Notes: a model not told the origin generated them from the sequence alone. Positions 10,513 to 24,408 are shown, numbered from the whole stretch's first letter. The stretch is DNA of 61,844 nucleotides, filler included, from Candidatus Woesearchaeota archaeon CG1_02_57_44 (GCA_001871415.1; 6 parts of 6 records of this genome joined end to end with filler, not necessarily neighbours in it), one strand, 5' to 3'. Numbers and translations: made by a program.

Positions 10513-10979
10513 CGCATATTGCTGATGTAAAACTCCGGCGTACCTGACGGCGCCGGCGTGAGGAAGACGTTCTGCTCGATGCGGCTGGTTGATGTGCTGC
10601 CATCGACGACCGCGGCTGCGGCGGGGGATTCAGTAGCAATGCCATTGAATGCATTAAGGGCAGTACTCCCCAACGACTCGGCCTTCACGCTGTCGATGAA
10701 GCAGACCTTGGTGAATGTCGGCGGCAGCAGCAGGGTGTGATAGCGCACGGTCTGATACTCTGTCCTGAGCGCCTTGACCTTGCTGTCCAGATCATTGCGG
10801 GCGCGCAGAATCTCCACAAGCTGACCCTTGTCCTTAATCTCGCTGATGGACTTGTAGCCATAGATGAGCACCATCACAAAGACTATCGCGCCCAGCACAT
10901 ACATGAATATCTGCGTCTGCGCCTGCGCGCTCCTGCGCGCTCCTGCGGACACACGCTTCCCTGAAGAGCGTCCTGCCAT
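10513..10979 (-). CDS. Class III signal-peptide (pilin-like) protein, 3'-truncated
   Basis: Basic leader RRSAQ followed by hydrophobic QIFMYVLGAIVFVMVLIYGY; ~30 bp downstream of the giant gene. Confidence 0.7.
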
Positions 10980-11007
10980 GAGCAATCCTCTGCCCTGCTT
11001 GTATATA

Positions 11008-14000
11008 TCACTTCTTCTTTGCGGCACTCTTGTCCACCCCTAGCTTGAAAAATAAGTCCGACACCTGCTTATCGCTCACCAGCTTCTTGTCGCGCAGGTC
11101 AAAGACCACGGCGCTCACGTCCTTCTTGCTGACCTTGCGCGTGTCGATGAGATAGCGCAGCACGTGCTCAAAGACATCGAGTATCTCTTTTGTCCCGTGC
11201 GTCTTGGCCAGCGTCGCCAGGGTATCGCCCAGTTGCGCGCGCTTCTCCTGCTGCAGCTTTGCCCTGCGCCTTGCCTGCTCCTGCTTTTGCTTAGGCGTCG
11301 CCTTCTGCCTGGACGGCGCCTTTGCTCCGGACTTGGCAGAAGGTGTTGCGGAATGCTTGGCCAGCCCCTCATCCAATTTCTTGCCGACGACACTTGCCAG
11401 TTCGCTCATCGCATCCTTTCGCTCCTTCCTGAGCTCCATGCGCTGCTGCGCAAGTTCCTTGGTCTGCTTCTGGCGCGCCGCTGTTCCTTTGGCCAAGCGA
11501 TCCTCAAGTCTCGTTGTCTGCTTGGCCTGCCGCGCAGACACCGCCGCCAATTGCTCTGTCGCCGCGGCGAGACGCTCCATGGCTGTCTGCTGACTGGGCG
11601 CGCCCTTCGCGTCCGTGGTCTTGCCACTGCGCACGGAAACCGGAACCACAACCGATGATGACTGACCTGAAGTCACTGCTCTTGTCTGGCGCTGCCCTGC
11701 CCTGCCCTGACCACCCTCACTGCGCAAGGCAGCCAGACGGTCGATAGCGCTCGCCTTCTTAGCATCTTTACTCACGTCTCTGACTTTCACTCCTTGCGTC
11801 TTTATCCCGCCAAAGCGCGCGGAAAGCCTATCGACAGCGCTTGGTCCTGACTGCCTTGACCGGGCGTCCTGCGTGCCTGACGATTTCGCCCCTGCTCCCG
11901 CAGCGCCTGACGCACCCGCAGCAGCAGCACCTGCCACACGAGCCGCCAGATCCGAGAGCTTCTCGAATCCATCAGCGTCTGTCGGCGCGCTGCCTTGCGC
12001 ACCTGCCGCGCCAGCGCCTGCACTTCCAGGGCCCGGCTGCTTCTGCTTCTCTCGCAGCTCGAGCTTGCGCAGGTCCTGCTTGGGCCCGAACGCGCTGAAC
12101 ACATCACTCATCTGCATATACTTCTGACGCTGACGCTGGCGAAGCAGCTCCTGCTGCATCTGGCGCTGGCGCTCGGCCGGTGAGAGCGTTGGCTGCTGAC
12201 CCTGCTGCTGTTGACCGGACTGCCCCGTCCCTCCCTGCACCGGCTGCTGTGCTCCGGGCATCTGCCCCTGCCGCAGTCCTGCTGATGGAAGCATCATGCC
12301 CCGGCCTGAGGACTGCTGCGGGCCCGGCGGCCCACCGGGGAAATTGATATTCTGCTGCATGGTCACAGGACCTTTCTGCCCGCTCTTCTTCCTGCCGCGC
12401 CTGAGCAGCACGACCAGCAGGATGAGCAGGAGGAGGAAGAGGATAAGCATCCACCATGGGAAACCCCTTGGATAGTCATCCTCATTCGTCGGGCTCGTCC
12501 CTGCCTTCACCTCGTCGCCGTCGCTGTGGCCATCACCGTCTGTATCTGACAGGCGTGGATCCGTTCCCCTGCGCATCTCCTCTATGTTTGACAGCCCGTC
12601 CTTGTCATAATCGTCCAGCGCATCCACTCGGGTCTTATCGACCGCAGGGGCATACCTATCTTCCCAGTCGTCTGGCATACCATCCCCGTCGCTGTCACCC
12701 GCGCCCTGGCACTTGCCTGACTGGCAGACCCCTGACACGCAGTCGCTCGCATCGATGCATCGCCTCGCGGCCTCGCAGCCCCCGCAGTTGCCACCGCAAT
12801 CGATGTCGCTCTCTTCACCATTGAGCACGGTATCGCTACAGGACGCCTGCTGGCAGACGCTCTGCTGGCAGACCTTGCTCTCGCAATCCTGACCTTGCGC
12901 GCAGACCTTGCCATCCACGCACAAGCGGCAGTTGCCGCCGCAATCAACATCGGTCTCCTGCCCGTTCTTCTTGCCGTCACTGCAGGTCGCGGTCCTGCAC
13001 ACACCGCTGTCGCAGTAGGTGCTGCGACAGTCTGAGGACTCTTCGCAGACCCTGTTGTCAGCGCACTTGGTGGTGCAGCTGCCTCCGCAGTCGACATCTG
13101 ACTCAGAGCCGTCCTTCACGCCGTTGGCGCACCGGGGTATGGCGCAGACCCTGGTCCCCTCGCTCGCCTTGCACTCCAGCACGCCTGAGCAGTCGCGTGT
13201 AGTCGAGCAGGTCTTGTTAACGCCGCAGGCGTCGCAGGAGGATCCGCCGCAGTCGATATCCGTCTCGTCCTGGTCACGCACCCCATTGGTGCAGGTGGCG
13301 CTGCACAGCCGCGATTCCTGCATGACCCTTGTGCTGCTCGCCATCTCGTCGCTGACATAGCCCGCGCGGTCACGCGCCCGAACCGTGAAGCTGTACTGAT
13401 GCCCGTCCTGCAGGACAAGCCCCGCCAAGGAGGCATAACCGTTAGAGGTCCGGGTCCAGTTGATGAGCTCTACCCTGCTCGTCCTGTCCACGAGCTGATA
13501 TTCGTAGGAGGCGATGCCTGACTCCGCATCCTCGCCTTCCCATACACCATAGATGCGGTCCACCTTGCAGAAGGTGAAATTCAGGGCGTCCCATGAGGTC
13601 CTGTAGGTCTCGACCTTGCGCATGCGCGGCGATGTCCTGTCCACGCTGAACCTGCTCTGGCTCGCCGCGCTCTCACCCTGATAGACGCACTCCACACTGA
13701 GATTATGCTCGCCTTCAGAGAGCCCTGAGAGGTTCCTCGCAAATTCCATGCCGTTGGTCCCGAGCAACGTGAGACTCGTGTTGTCGCGTGAGTAGACGCA
13801 GCTGCTCACCTCCTTGTTCACCTGCACGCGCATCTCCACTGTGCCATTGCCGAGCACCACGCGGTCGACCGGCGAGACGATAGTGACCTGCAATCCCCGC
13901 GTGGTATCGACATCAACAGGCACACGCACGACCTGGCTGGTCCTGCCTGACTTGTCCACGCACTGCACGGCCCAGTCATAGTGACGCAGGTTCTGCAGGC

Positions 14001-17000
14001 CGCGCATGACCTGCTCTGACGCCAGCGCGAACGTGGAAGCGCTGTCATAGTCCTGCCCTGCGAAGGTATCATTCATGCGCCAGAAATCCTCGGTCGTCGC
14101 GCTGTATCGGCAGACAGTCGGCTCTGATGTGCGCACCACCAGCGTCGTCTGGAGCTGATCATCGGTCGGTCTTGCAACCAGCGCAGGCCGCGCGTAGGCC
14201 TCCTGTATCACCGGAGACTCAGTATCATAGATGATATCAAAGCGCGCGCCATTGGTCGTGTAATTATAGCGGTCCCTGCACGAGACATACAGCTGCCCGG
14301 TGAACCCGGTACCCATGACACCATGCATGTTGCCTCCCACCGCGGTCATATTGTAGACCATCAGGTCATAGGTCATGTTCGTGTTGAGGTTGTAGCGGCA
14401 TGCTGCCTGACGGTCCGTCTCTACGATGATATTGAACGTCGCGTTCGGCGATACGCCAAGGTGCGGACTCAGCAGCGCTATCCTCGGCGGCCCTATCTCC
14501 ACCCAGAAATCTATGCACGTCTGATCGCCCGTGTTGCCCAAGGAGTCTGTGGCGCTGATGCAGTAGGTGTACTTGCCATTCCTCAACGGCTGGTTGGCCA
14601 ACTGGGTTGCTGTGATGTTCGACGGAATGGCACCTGCAGGGACGTGCATGCCCAGAAGCGTCAGGTTCTCATCCGCGAGCGTGCTGCTGAAGGTGACGAA
14701 TGGCTGATTGAAGGTCGTGACGAAGAGCGGCTCTGGCGTGGTCACCGTGCCAGAGGCCAGCGCGTAGATGACCCAGGTCAGGTTCATATGCACATCACCG
14801 ATGTCCATCGCCGTGACCCTCGGGCCTATGATGCGCGAGGTGATGTGATGGATATCACTCCTCACTATCCTGCCCTCGGGCGTTGAGCCGACCGCATAGA
14901 CCTCATTGTCACCTTCGACAAGCCATATGTTCGCCGTGAAGTCCGCGGCAGGCAACACTTCCTGGAAGAAACCCCCGATCGACATAATCCCCAAGTTCTG
15001 CAAGGCCTGCGCTCCTTCAATGCGCCCGTGCACCGTGTAGTTGCTGCTGCGTATGACCAATCCTGGCGGAATGTCAAGCGTTATCGCTGGCAGCGTCGGG
15101 TCGATGGTGAATACCGAGAGCGCTGACTGGCCCGCATTGCCGAGGGTGTCATACGGCTCCGCGGTGTAGACATACGTCCCCGGCGCGAGTGATGGCAGCA
15201 GATAGCGCAGCGTTCCCGGTGACTGGGTCACGCTGCTGCCGCCGGGAACCTGCTGCCCCGGCGATCGCATGTCCACGAGTCTCGTCGCTGTCGCTGCGAG
15301 GTCGATACCGCCGCCAGCGTCCCTGAAGACCGCGGTCACGTTATGCACAGAGCGGAACAGGCCGCGCACCGGCACTACTGACTCAAGCAGAGGGCCATTG
15401 TTGATGTAGATTACGCTGATGACTTCCCACGCTATGTTCCCGGCGCGGTCCTGCGCGTCTATGCTTATCTCATTCTCACCGGGCATCAGGCTGACAGGGA
15501 ATGCGAAGCTGCCATTGGGCAGAACCTCCCACCAGTCGAGGTCAAATCCTATGCCCAGCCCCCGCTGGAAGAGATTCATGACGGTCACCATCGACCCGGG
15601 CTCGGTCGCGCCACGGATCCACAGGACACTGTGGTTGACGACCTGCGGCACCGGCTCGATGAACAGGAACGGCGGCACGGTGTCGACGGTAAAGTTTATC
15701 TGCACGGACGCGGGAGCGAGATTGAGCTCGGCCCGTGACGCAGCGCACTGCACGCGCACCTGGTAGGATCCGCCCTCCTCGAGCGATTCCTGCCTGTCGA
15801 CGATGCTGGATATATTGAGCTCATGGACAAGACCGTCGTCGCTGAGCATCTGCGCGCCGGTCTGGACGAATAGCTGGCGAATGGCATCCCAGAGGTAGGC
15901 GACGAACCCGACAGGCGCGAAGTCAGCCCTGCAGCTCGCCTCGACGCTTGACGTAACGCCCACCACCGGTGACAGGTCGCTGACATACTGCGGCGGACGC
16001 AGGTCGTAGAGCTGCACCCTGTCTGAGCGCAGCACCTGCAGTGATACCTGCCTGCTCTGCAGCGTGGTCAGGCCCGCCTCGTCCCGGCAAGAGATGTAGT
16101 AGGTATAGTTCTGGTTGTTCTGCAGCGGTATCCACTCTGTCTGCTGAGGGGTCGCATAGCGTTCAGGTCCTGTCCTGTTGGCGCCGACGAACCAGTAGCG
16201 CATATCACCGAACGCTATCGGCTCGGTGTCGTAGCGGCAGGTCACTGGCTCACTGCCCACCACGTCCAGGCGCGTCGCGCTCTCCACCGAGATGCGATAC
16301 TGCTTGCTCCATGACGTCTCATTGATGAGCGCGCCCATGGTCGAGCGCCAGGACACTATCATCGGAGGCGTTGTGTCGACCTCTATGGTCTTCACGCTTA
16401 CGCCCCGATTGCCCAACGCGTCTGTGCAGTTAAACAGCAGGGAATGCTCGGTACGGTTCGCGCCGTAGTCATGCGGCAAGGGCAGCTGCAGCTGCGCTGT
16501 ATGCGCAAGACCAAGTCCCGGCAACGAGGAGCCCTGACTGTCAGGTGCCATCGGCATACTGACATTACCACCAGCTGTTGGATAGGTAATGGTACATGCC
16601 GCTGACTCGTCCGTTGAGGCTGTCACCAATGGTTGTGTGCTGCTGGTGACCCGAGGCCCTACGCCAGTCACCACGGGAGGCGCATAGTCAAGCTTGGCTA
16701 TCGCCGTATCACGCGCCTCCTGACCCGCATCATCCGTCGCTATGAAGGTGAAGACATTGACGCCATCGGCCAACGGCAAGGTGACGCTGAACGTCTGCTG
16801 CTCAGGATCGCCGGAACCTGAGGGATCAGCACCTGCAGGGCCAAGCAGCGGCACTTCTGAACGGTTCAGGATGCGCAATGAGGCCAGATGCGCATCAGCG
16901 ACCATGCCCGTGACCACTACCTCTCCTGACTTGGTGGAGATGTTCTTGCCGCTGCCTGCCATCACCGCAGCGACGACGCTGGTCACATTCAGGCGCGGCG

Positions 17001-20000
17001 GCATCGTGTCCAGGTCTGTTGCCGCAGCAATCGCGTTGACATTGCCTGCCCTGTCCGTGGCGCGCACCTGCAGCCCGTTCTCGCCTTCCCGCAGGACCAG
17101 CGGCGCGCGCACGCGCTCGACCGGCAGCCCCTGCCCATCGAAATTCCCTGCGCCCACCTGCTCGCTGTCCAGCAGCGCGGACCATGACAGCAGGGAATTC
17201 CGCTGCACATCGCTGCGGTAGTCATAGTATGTATCCTCCAGGTCAGCCACCAGGTCCTGGCTCTGCACCGAGGTCACATTGGGCGGCGCGATGAGCGTTA
17301 TCACTGGTGGCGTCTGATCCAGTACCACCGGCGTCTCGCCGGTGCTGCCGGTGTTCCCCACAGCGTCCACCATGTCCAGCCGCAGATAATTGAGCCCTGG
17401 CTCGAGCAGAACCTCTGCGCTGACCAGTCCACCGACGACATCGACCGGAACGCTCGTCGTCAGCGTCTGCGTCTGGCGCACGATAGTCGCGGTCAGCGGC
17501 AGTTCCGACTGCACGCTCGCGTGCACGGTGATGCGCGGTGTCCTCACGAATCCCGGAGTGCCAAGGAGCTCTCCTTGCACCGGCGCCTCACGGTAGCTCA
17601 CCTTCACCTTATCACTCGAGATGGCGCCGAAATAATCCTCCACCTGCACCTGAATGTCATTGTCCCCCAACGTGAGCGGAACCTCAAAGAGGAACGGCCT
17701 TGCGTCAGGGCTTGTGCCTGTACCTTGCAGCTCCCTGGTGTCCTGCACCACCCCGTTGATCACCAGACGTACCAACTTCGCCAGCTCATCAGTGAACTTG
17801 CCGATTATCGTGATGCCCGGCCAGTAGGTTATCGTGTCCTGCGCCGGCTGCGTGATACTGACAGACGCGATGTGCTGGCTGGGCTGCCGCAACGCGGTGA
17901 AGGCATAGGTCCCGACGCGACCCTGACTGTCCTCTATCGCGACGGCCAGCTCATTGACCCCCGGGCTCAGCGGCACGGCAGCGTCGAAACTCAGACCCTC
18001 CGAGGGGGAGGCGTGCAGATACAAGGGGACCTCACGGCCATTGACGCTCAGCGCCGCGCTTCGCACATTCTCGCTCGTCTGCGCGAGACCCACCAGCTCG
18101 ACGCGGCCAATCAGCTGCAGGGGCGTGCCTGCCGCAAGGTATGGCACCGGGGGCTGGACGCTGTCAGGCGCGACTATCGTGATGCGCGGCACCTGACCGC
18201 TGATGGTGAACTGCGATGCGATGCTTGCCTGCTGCAACGTATCATCGCCCGTGAAGGTGAAGGTGTAGGTGCCGTCCCCCGACAGGTCAGCCGGGATGCG
18301 CCATGCGCGGCAGGCGCTCTGCTGATCGCCCATGCAGGCCACTGGTTGCATCTCGCCAAGCTGCACGGTCTGCGGCAGGCCCTGGGCAGAGGCCATGGTG
18401 AGGCGGGGGGATGCCAGCGAAAGCATTGCCTCATCCTTCTGCACGGCTGACACCGTGACATATGACCTCGGACCAGCGGTGGAACCATCGGCGGGGTCGA
18501 TGCTGAAGACGGGCAGCGATGTGACATAATGGACAGTCTGCGCCGTATAGTCCGACTCCTGGCCTGCTGCCTGCGCGTCCACAGCGCGCGCATAGACGGT
18601 ATACGTTCCCTCTGACCGGGGCGTGTATACATAGCTGAATGTGCCCTGTGCATCTGACTGCGCTGTGGAGCGCTTGACATTGTCGACATAGATATTGACC
18701 GGCACTCCAGCCGCAGGCTGACCCGCATCCGCGGTAACAATCCCCGCTATGCTGAAGGGCTGACTGGTCGGGGATGGCAGCGATGAGAGGGATACCATGT
18801 ATTGCGGGGGGACCTCCGGAACCTGGTATCGCAGCACTATCGTGTTGTCTGATACCCACTGCTGGCCCCACGCATCAGTCATGCTGGCCGTGATGATATG
18901 ACTGCCGGGAGTGAGCGCAAGGGATCCTGCGAATGTCCCCTGCAGCACCTGCGTCCCCGGAAGCGTGAGCAGGACAACACCATCGAGCATCAGCTGGATG
19001 GACCGCAAGGTGCCTGGCTCCAATCCTGCCACAGACCCGGTCACTTCCACATGCGGGACGTCCACCACATAGGGATCATCGTCCGATCCATCCGGACTGG
19101 CCAGATGCAAGCGCACCTGCGGATCATCGCGGCTGCGCCAGATAGTCACCTGCCTGCTGTTGCTGTTGCCTATCGCGTCTGTGACGCGCACGGTCACATT
19201 GTTCCTGCCCGGCTCCAGCATCGCCCCAAACACGGCCCAACGCTGCGGCAGCGCACCCTGCTCCTGCACTACCCGCAGGTCAAGAGTAACCGTACCTGCG
19301 TGGTTTGCTATCTGGATAGTACCTTTGGTTAGCGCGTTCTCACCTGTGATAGAACCAAAGAGATGCATGCTCTCCTGGCTCACGAACAGCTCGTGATGCG
19401 CCTCCAATTCCTGATCGTCGAAGTGCACATCAGGCGCGTGGATATCCATAGCGAATGCGCGATCGCCTGTGCTGGACAGGCCGAGCACATCGCTCACGCT
19501 CGCCGTCAAACGGTAGGATTCCACATCGCCCTGCAAGGGGAGCGCGTCATCGATGGTGATGTCCTTGCAGACCCCGGCGCAGCCAAGCTCGCCCGCGGCG
19601 TCCCTTGTCGTCACCTGCAGCGGGACCCCGTTATCCGTGGCGATGCTCACCACAAATGTCCCTTGCGCGACAGGGACTCCCTCCCTTGGCAGCGCCTCAA
19701 CGTGCAGCGTCGGCTTCAGGTTGAACTTCTGCCCCTCGAGGAAGGAATACTCCAGCAGCGGACCTTCTATCACCCGTATCACCTGCTTCACATTGGATGT
19801 CACCCATCCACCCCCTCCCGCAAGGCCATCGCTCCCCAGCGCTTGCGCTCTGACCCGCAGGTAGTAGATGCCTGCCTGTGGCAAAGGCACCATCGCTGTG
19901 ACCTGACCCTGCGCTGATGCAGTCGCCTCAGCGACAGTCTCATACGCGCCGTCCTTGCTCGTACGCTCAAGCACCACACGCGCGCCGCCGGCTGGCGTGC

Positions 20001-22784
20001 CATCATCGTAGTCGACCTGCACTGACACCTGCACTGACGCGGACGCTGTGTAATCCTGCGCCACGCTGAGCACCGGCCTATCCAGCGCGTGGGTGACCGG
20101 ACCGTAGACCGTCACCTGCACAGTATCCGACGTGACAGTACCCCAGTAATCCTCGGTCTGCACCGTGATAGTGTTCTCACCCTGCTGCACCGGCGCGATG
20201 AAATAGAAGGTGCTGTCTGTGGAAGCGGCCATATCCTCCGCAGGCGCGCCATTAAGCAGCAGACGCACGCGCTCTGCCATATCATCGGTGAACGTGCCTG
20301 CCACCATGACCTCTGATACATCCTGGAACGCCGCGCCATCCAACGGCTCATGGATGGTGACCGTGGCCTGACTGGCCCCTCTGCGACGCATGACCTCGAA
20401 GGCCATGGATCCTATCCTGCCCTCGCTGTCTTCCACCTCTATCGTGACGGTGTTGGAACCTTCCCGTAGCGCGATAGTGCCATCGAAGGTCAGCTGGCCT
20501 TGCGCGCCCTGCTGCCCTGCCGGAGATTCATGGAGCGTCAGATCCTGCACCGCGCCATTGACCAGCACCTGCGCGCGGATGATGCTGGAAAGCGACTGCG
20601 GCAGTCCATCTACCGTTATGCGACCGAGCAGCTGCACGGTTGGCTCCTCTGTGATGTATGGCGCAGGCGGGCTGACCTGCGGGCTGAGCAGCGCTATCTG
20701 CGGAGCCCGAGTATCAAGCTGGAAGGTCGAGAGGATATCACGCGTCTGCAGCGTATCTGACGCCTTCAGGGAAAGGCGGTATTCACCATCGGTCTGCAGG
20801 GTCACAGGAATGCGCCACGCCCTGCACCCACCGGGACAAGGTACCACTTCCGGCGCCCCCAACGGCACGTTGACCGGCACGCCCAGCACCATCCTCGCGA
20901 GACTGAGCTGCTGCAATGATAGCGTAGCCGCGTCCTTCTGGTCAGCGCGCAGCGCGATGGATGAACGCTGGCCTATCTGCGCCCCGTCCGGAGGATCCAT
21001 GGTGAAATCCGGAACACTGAGCACGACATGCACGGTCTGGCTCGTGTAATCAGACTCAAAATCACCATCCACCGCTCTCGCATAGACCGCATAGACTCCC
21101 TCGTCGGTTGGCTGATACACCGCGCTGTATCTGCCATTCGCTCCTGCGGTGACGCTCGCCACGCGCTCATTATTGACATAGACACGCACCTGCACTCCTG
21201 ACACCGGCTGACCGCTCTGACGGTCCTGCACCGTTCCCTGTATGATGATACCTGTGTTGGTCGGGGAGGTGATCGTATCAGGCGCGAGGCGATAGCGCGT
21301 CTCCTGTGGGGGCACACCATACTGGACCGCCACACTATTCTCGCCCATCACCTGCCTACCCCAGATGTCAATGAGCTTGGCAGTGATCGTGTGCGTCGCG
21401 CCCAGTCCAGTGATATCAGCGACAAATCCTCCAGCAAGGACATCATCTGGCTGCAAGGTCCTGACGATTGTGCCATCACGCAGCAGCTCTACCCTGACTA
21501 CCTGGCTGTCCTCCAGACCTGAAAGCTCCCCGGTCACCAGCACATGCGGCACGGTGACACGATAAGGTTGCGCTAAGGTACCCTGCGGCGTGAGCAGACG
21601 CAGCGATATGGCGTCAGAACTTCGGCGACGATTGATGACGACCTGACGCCCATTGGTGTTTTCAATCGCATCAGTGACCTGCACCGTGATTGTGTTCTCA
21701 CCGCCCTCCAGCGCGACACTGAGAGCTGCCCATTTCTTTGGGTCGGACGCGTACTTGCTGAGCGCATATACATGCGTCCCCGCCTGGTTCTCGACAGTCA
21801 AGGTGCCTGACTTCAGCGCATTCTCGCCAATTATGGAACCTGTGATGTGCATCGAACCAAGCTCCGTATACAGGACATGATCATCCTCGAGACCCGCTTC
21901 GTCAAAATGTATCTCCGGCGCGTGCACATCCATGACAAAGCCACGCGACGCGCTCGACTGCAGCGCCACTGCGTCCACCGCAGTCAGCTGCACGGTGTAT
22001 GATTCCACATCTGATTCAAGGGGGATATCCTCGCCCACAGTGACATCGTAGCAGATTCCCGCGCATGACACTGGTGCAAGTGTCCTGGTCAGCGTCAGCC
22101 CGTCCTGCCTTCGCACCTGCACGTCCAGCGATTCCACCGGCACTCCTGACCGGGGGAGCGCACGCACCTGCAGCGTCGGCTTCTGGTTGAAGCGCTGCGC
22201 GTCAAGGAAAGAATACTCCAGCAGCGGACCCTGCGTCGCGCGCACGACCTGCAGGACGTTGCTGGACTGCAAGGGGGAGTTGGCGTCGACATCCGTGGCC
22301 CTCGCGCGCACCAGATACGTCCCGGCCTCCGGCAGGGGGACGGTCACGATATACTGACCTGCCTCGTCGGCCCGTCCGGGCTGCGCCGCAATGGCGGTGA
22401 ACACACTGCCCAGCTGGTCGGCACGACGCGTCTCGACTATCACCGCGGCCTGCGCCGCCGGCGCATCATCAGTGTAGCTCACCTGCACATCTGCGGTGAC
22501 ACCCTGCGCCGTGGTCATGCTGGCAGAGAGGGTCAGCTGGGGCGTGCGCAGCACCGGCCCATCAGGGTCTATCTGCAGCCCGCAGACATCGGTGCAGGGC
22601 AGCAACTGATTGACCTCAAAAGGAATCTCGTAATTGGCGCTGTTGCCCAACGTGTCACTCGTCACAACCTTCGCGGTGTAGGAACCATCTTCCAGTACCG
22701 CTCCACCTGCGGCCTCGCCGCGCGTGAAGATCATCGTGTACCTGCCATCGCTCTGCGATTGGCCCTGGCTCGCGCCATCCTGCC
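11008..22784 (-). CDS. Giant membrane-anchored surface protein (>3900 aa), 5'-truncated
   Basis: Many Ig-like modules (DxxPP, LxxGxNxI, TDxxGN), ETDxDCGG Cys repeats, DxDxDG Ca-binding repeats, TM FPWWMLILFLLLLILLVVLL-RRGRKK, long cytoplasmic tail. Confidence 0.9.
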
Positions 22785-22884
22785 NNNNNNNNNNNNNNNN
22801 NNNNNNNNNNNNNNNNNNNNNNNNNNNNTTAATTAATTAANNNNNNNNNNNNNNNNNNNNNNNNNNNNNNNNNNNNNNNNNNNN
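22785..22884. other. Artificial contig spacer
   Basis: N-TTAATTAATTAA-N. Confidence 0.98.
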
Positions 22885-22944
22885 TCACTGTGCTCGGCGC
22901 GGTTTCGCTATGTTCAGCGCGATTTCGCTATGCCCAGCGCGTGT
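22885..22944 (+). repeat. Degenerate 20-bp tandem repeat x3 at contig start
   Basis: tcactgtgctcggcgcggtt / tcgctatgttcagcgcgatt / tcgctatgcccagcgcgtgt. Confidence 0.7.
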
Positions 22945-23041
22945 GATTACTCCCTACCAGCATCAGGATCTGCAAAACTCCCCTGATTTTTCCACTTGCA
23001 GATGAAACGCAAACAATATAATCATGTAAGCATCAGAAAAC

Positions 23042-23440
23042 ATGATGCCCAAAGGCATCATCCCCAAGCTCAAGTCTGATCCCATCGGCGCGCTCCACCT
23101 GCTGCGCGGTTATGCCGCTGCAATAGAACCCCATCTTTCTCCAGCAGTAGATGATCTGCTCATCCGCGCGGATGAGCGCGTGCTGATAGAGCGTCACCTG
23201 GCGGACATCTACTATGGGGGAAAGGACGGAATGCTTTCAGCATTGGCCGGCATCGCTGACGCGGGCGAGCAGGCCCGTGAGCAGCTGCGCTCGTGCATGG
23301 AGCAGTATGCGGCACAGCCATGCATCTGCGGCCTAGCCGATGTGCTCAGCGCGGCGCTGCAGACGCCATTCACACAGCAGGAACTGCGGACCGTGACCAG
23401 GTTCGCTGAGAAAGAAGTTCCCCGATTCGGCATATCATGA
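23042..23440 (+). CDS. Hypothetical protein (132 aa)
   Basis: ORF with AATATAA ~25 nt upstream. Confidence 0.6.
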   Translation: MMPKGIIPKLKSDPIGALHLLRGYAAAIEPHLSPAVDDLLIRADERVLIERHLADIYYGGKDGMLSALAGIADAGEQAREQLRSCMEQYAAQPCICGLADVLSAALQTPFTQQELRTVTRFAEKEVPRFGIS

Positions 23441-23499
23441 ACGTATTGCGATGCAGATACGCTGCATGCGAGAAGGTCAACATTCTGTCATCATACTCG

Positions 23500-24408
23500 C
23501 TACGTCTGCTTGCGTGAACGCTTCCTCGCTTTGGACGCGTTCTTGACACGTTTGCCTGTCAACCGCTTCTTGTGTACGGTGCGTATGGTCATCTTGCTTC
23601 GCACGCGCGGATTCCATACCCTTGCGATGGCGCAGACAAGCAGCACACACGCATAGGCAAGAATCAGTGAGTAGGTGATGCGATGGTGCGCGACATGGAA
23701 CAATGCGTCGCGCGCAAGGATTCCGAGCTCAAAGGCGAACAGGAAACCTATGCCCGCGAGAAGACCATGCTTGTGGTGGATGAACAGTGTGCAGGACATG
23801 AGCAAGAAGCTGAGGATGCTGCTCGCGATGATGATATCGCCCAGGTGTGGTATGAGCATCAGATCAGCGATTCCTGAGCCGATAGCATACAGGCCCGCGC
23901 TCACCAGCACAGCTTCATACCAGTCAAGATGCCGCGCGAGCAGCTGGTACGCTCCTATGCTTGCCAATCCGATACCTATGGCGTAGAGCAACGCGTGCCA
24001 GAGGGCGCCAAGGAGTGAAAGCGCAAGAAAGCCGATGCTCACCAGTTGTTTTCCTGCCAGCACGTCAAAACCAAGGACATGGCCGAGCACGACCCAGAGG
24101 AAGGCGAGCAGCGCTCCTAGATACATCCCGACGCGCAGAGGCAGCGGCCAGGTTTGCTGTCGGGGCAACAGCGCCGAGAGCTCCAGCCCGAGCACCTCCA
24201 CCCAGATGAAGTAGATAAGGAACAAGTGCAACAGAAACTGGGTCAGGGCAAAGACGCCATTGCCTGCAATAGGCGCGCTGCGATACAATCCCGCGCTCAG
24301 GATGGGCGCGGACATGCCAAGAGCCATGATGGCAAGCACAGGAGATTTTCGCCACGCAGGCACCCTATCGATAGTATCTTTCGCAGTATCACCCGTAAGG
24401 TCGCCCAT
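23500..24408 (-). CDS. Polytopic membrane protein with basic C-terminal tail
   Basis: About 8 hydrophobic segments; start at MGDLTG chosen downstream of TTTAAATA. Confidence 0.7.
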   Translation of the reverse strand: MGDLTGDTAKDTIDRVPAWRKSPVLAIMALGMSAPILSAGLYRSAPIAGNGVFALTQFLLHLFLIYFIWVEVLGLELSALLPRQQTWPLPLRVGMYLGALLAFLWVVLGHVLGFDVLAGKQLVSIGFLALSLLGALWHALLYAIGIGLASIGAYQLLARHLDWYEAVLVSAGLYAIGSGIADLMLIPHLGDIIIASSILSFLLMSCTLFIHHKHGLLAGIGFLFAFELGILARDALFHVAHHRITYSLILAYACVLLVCAIARVWNPRVRSKMTIRTVHKKRLTGKRVKNASKARKRSRKQT

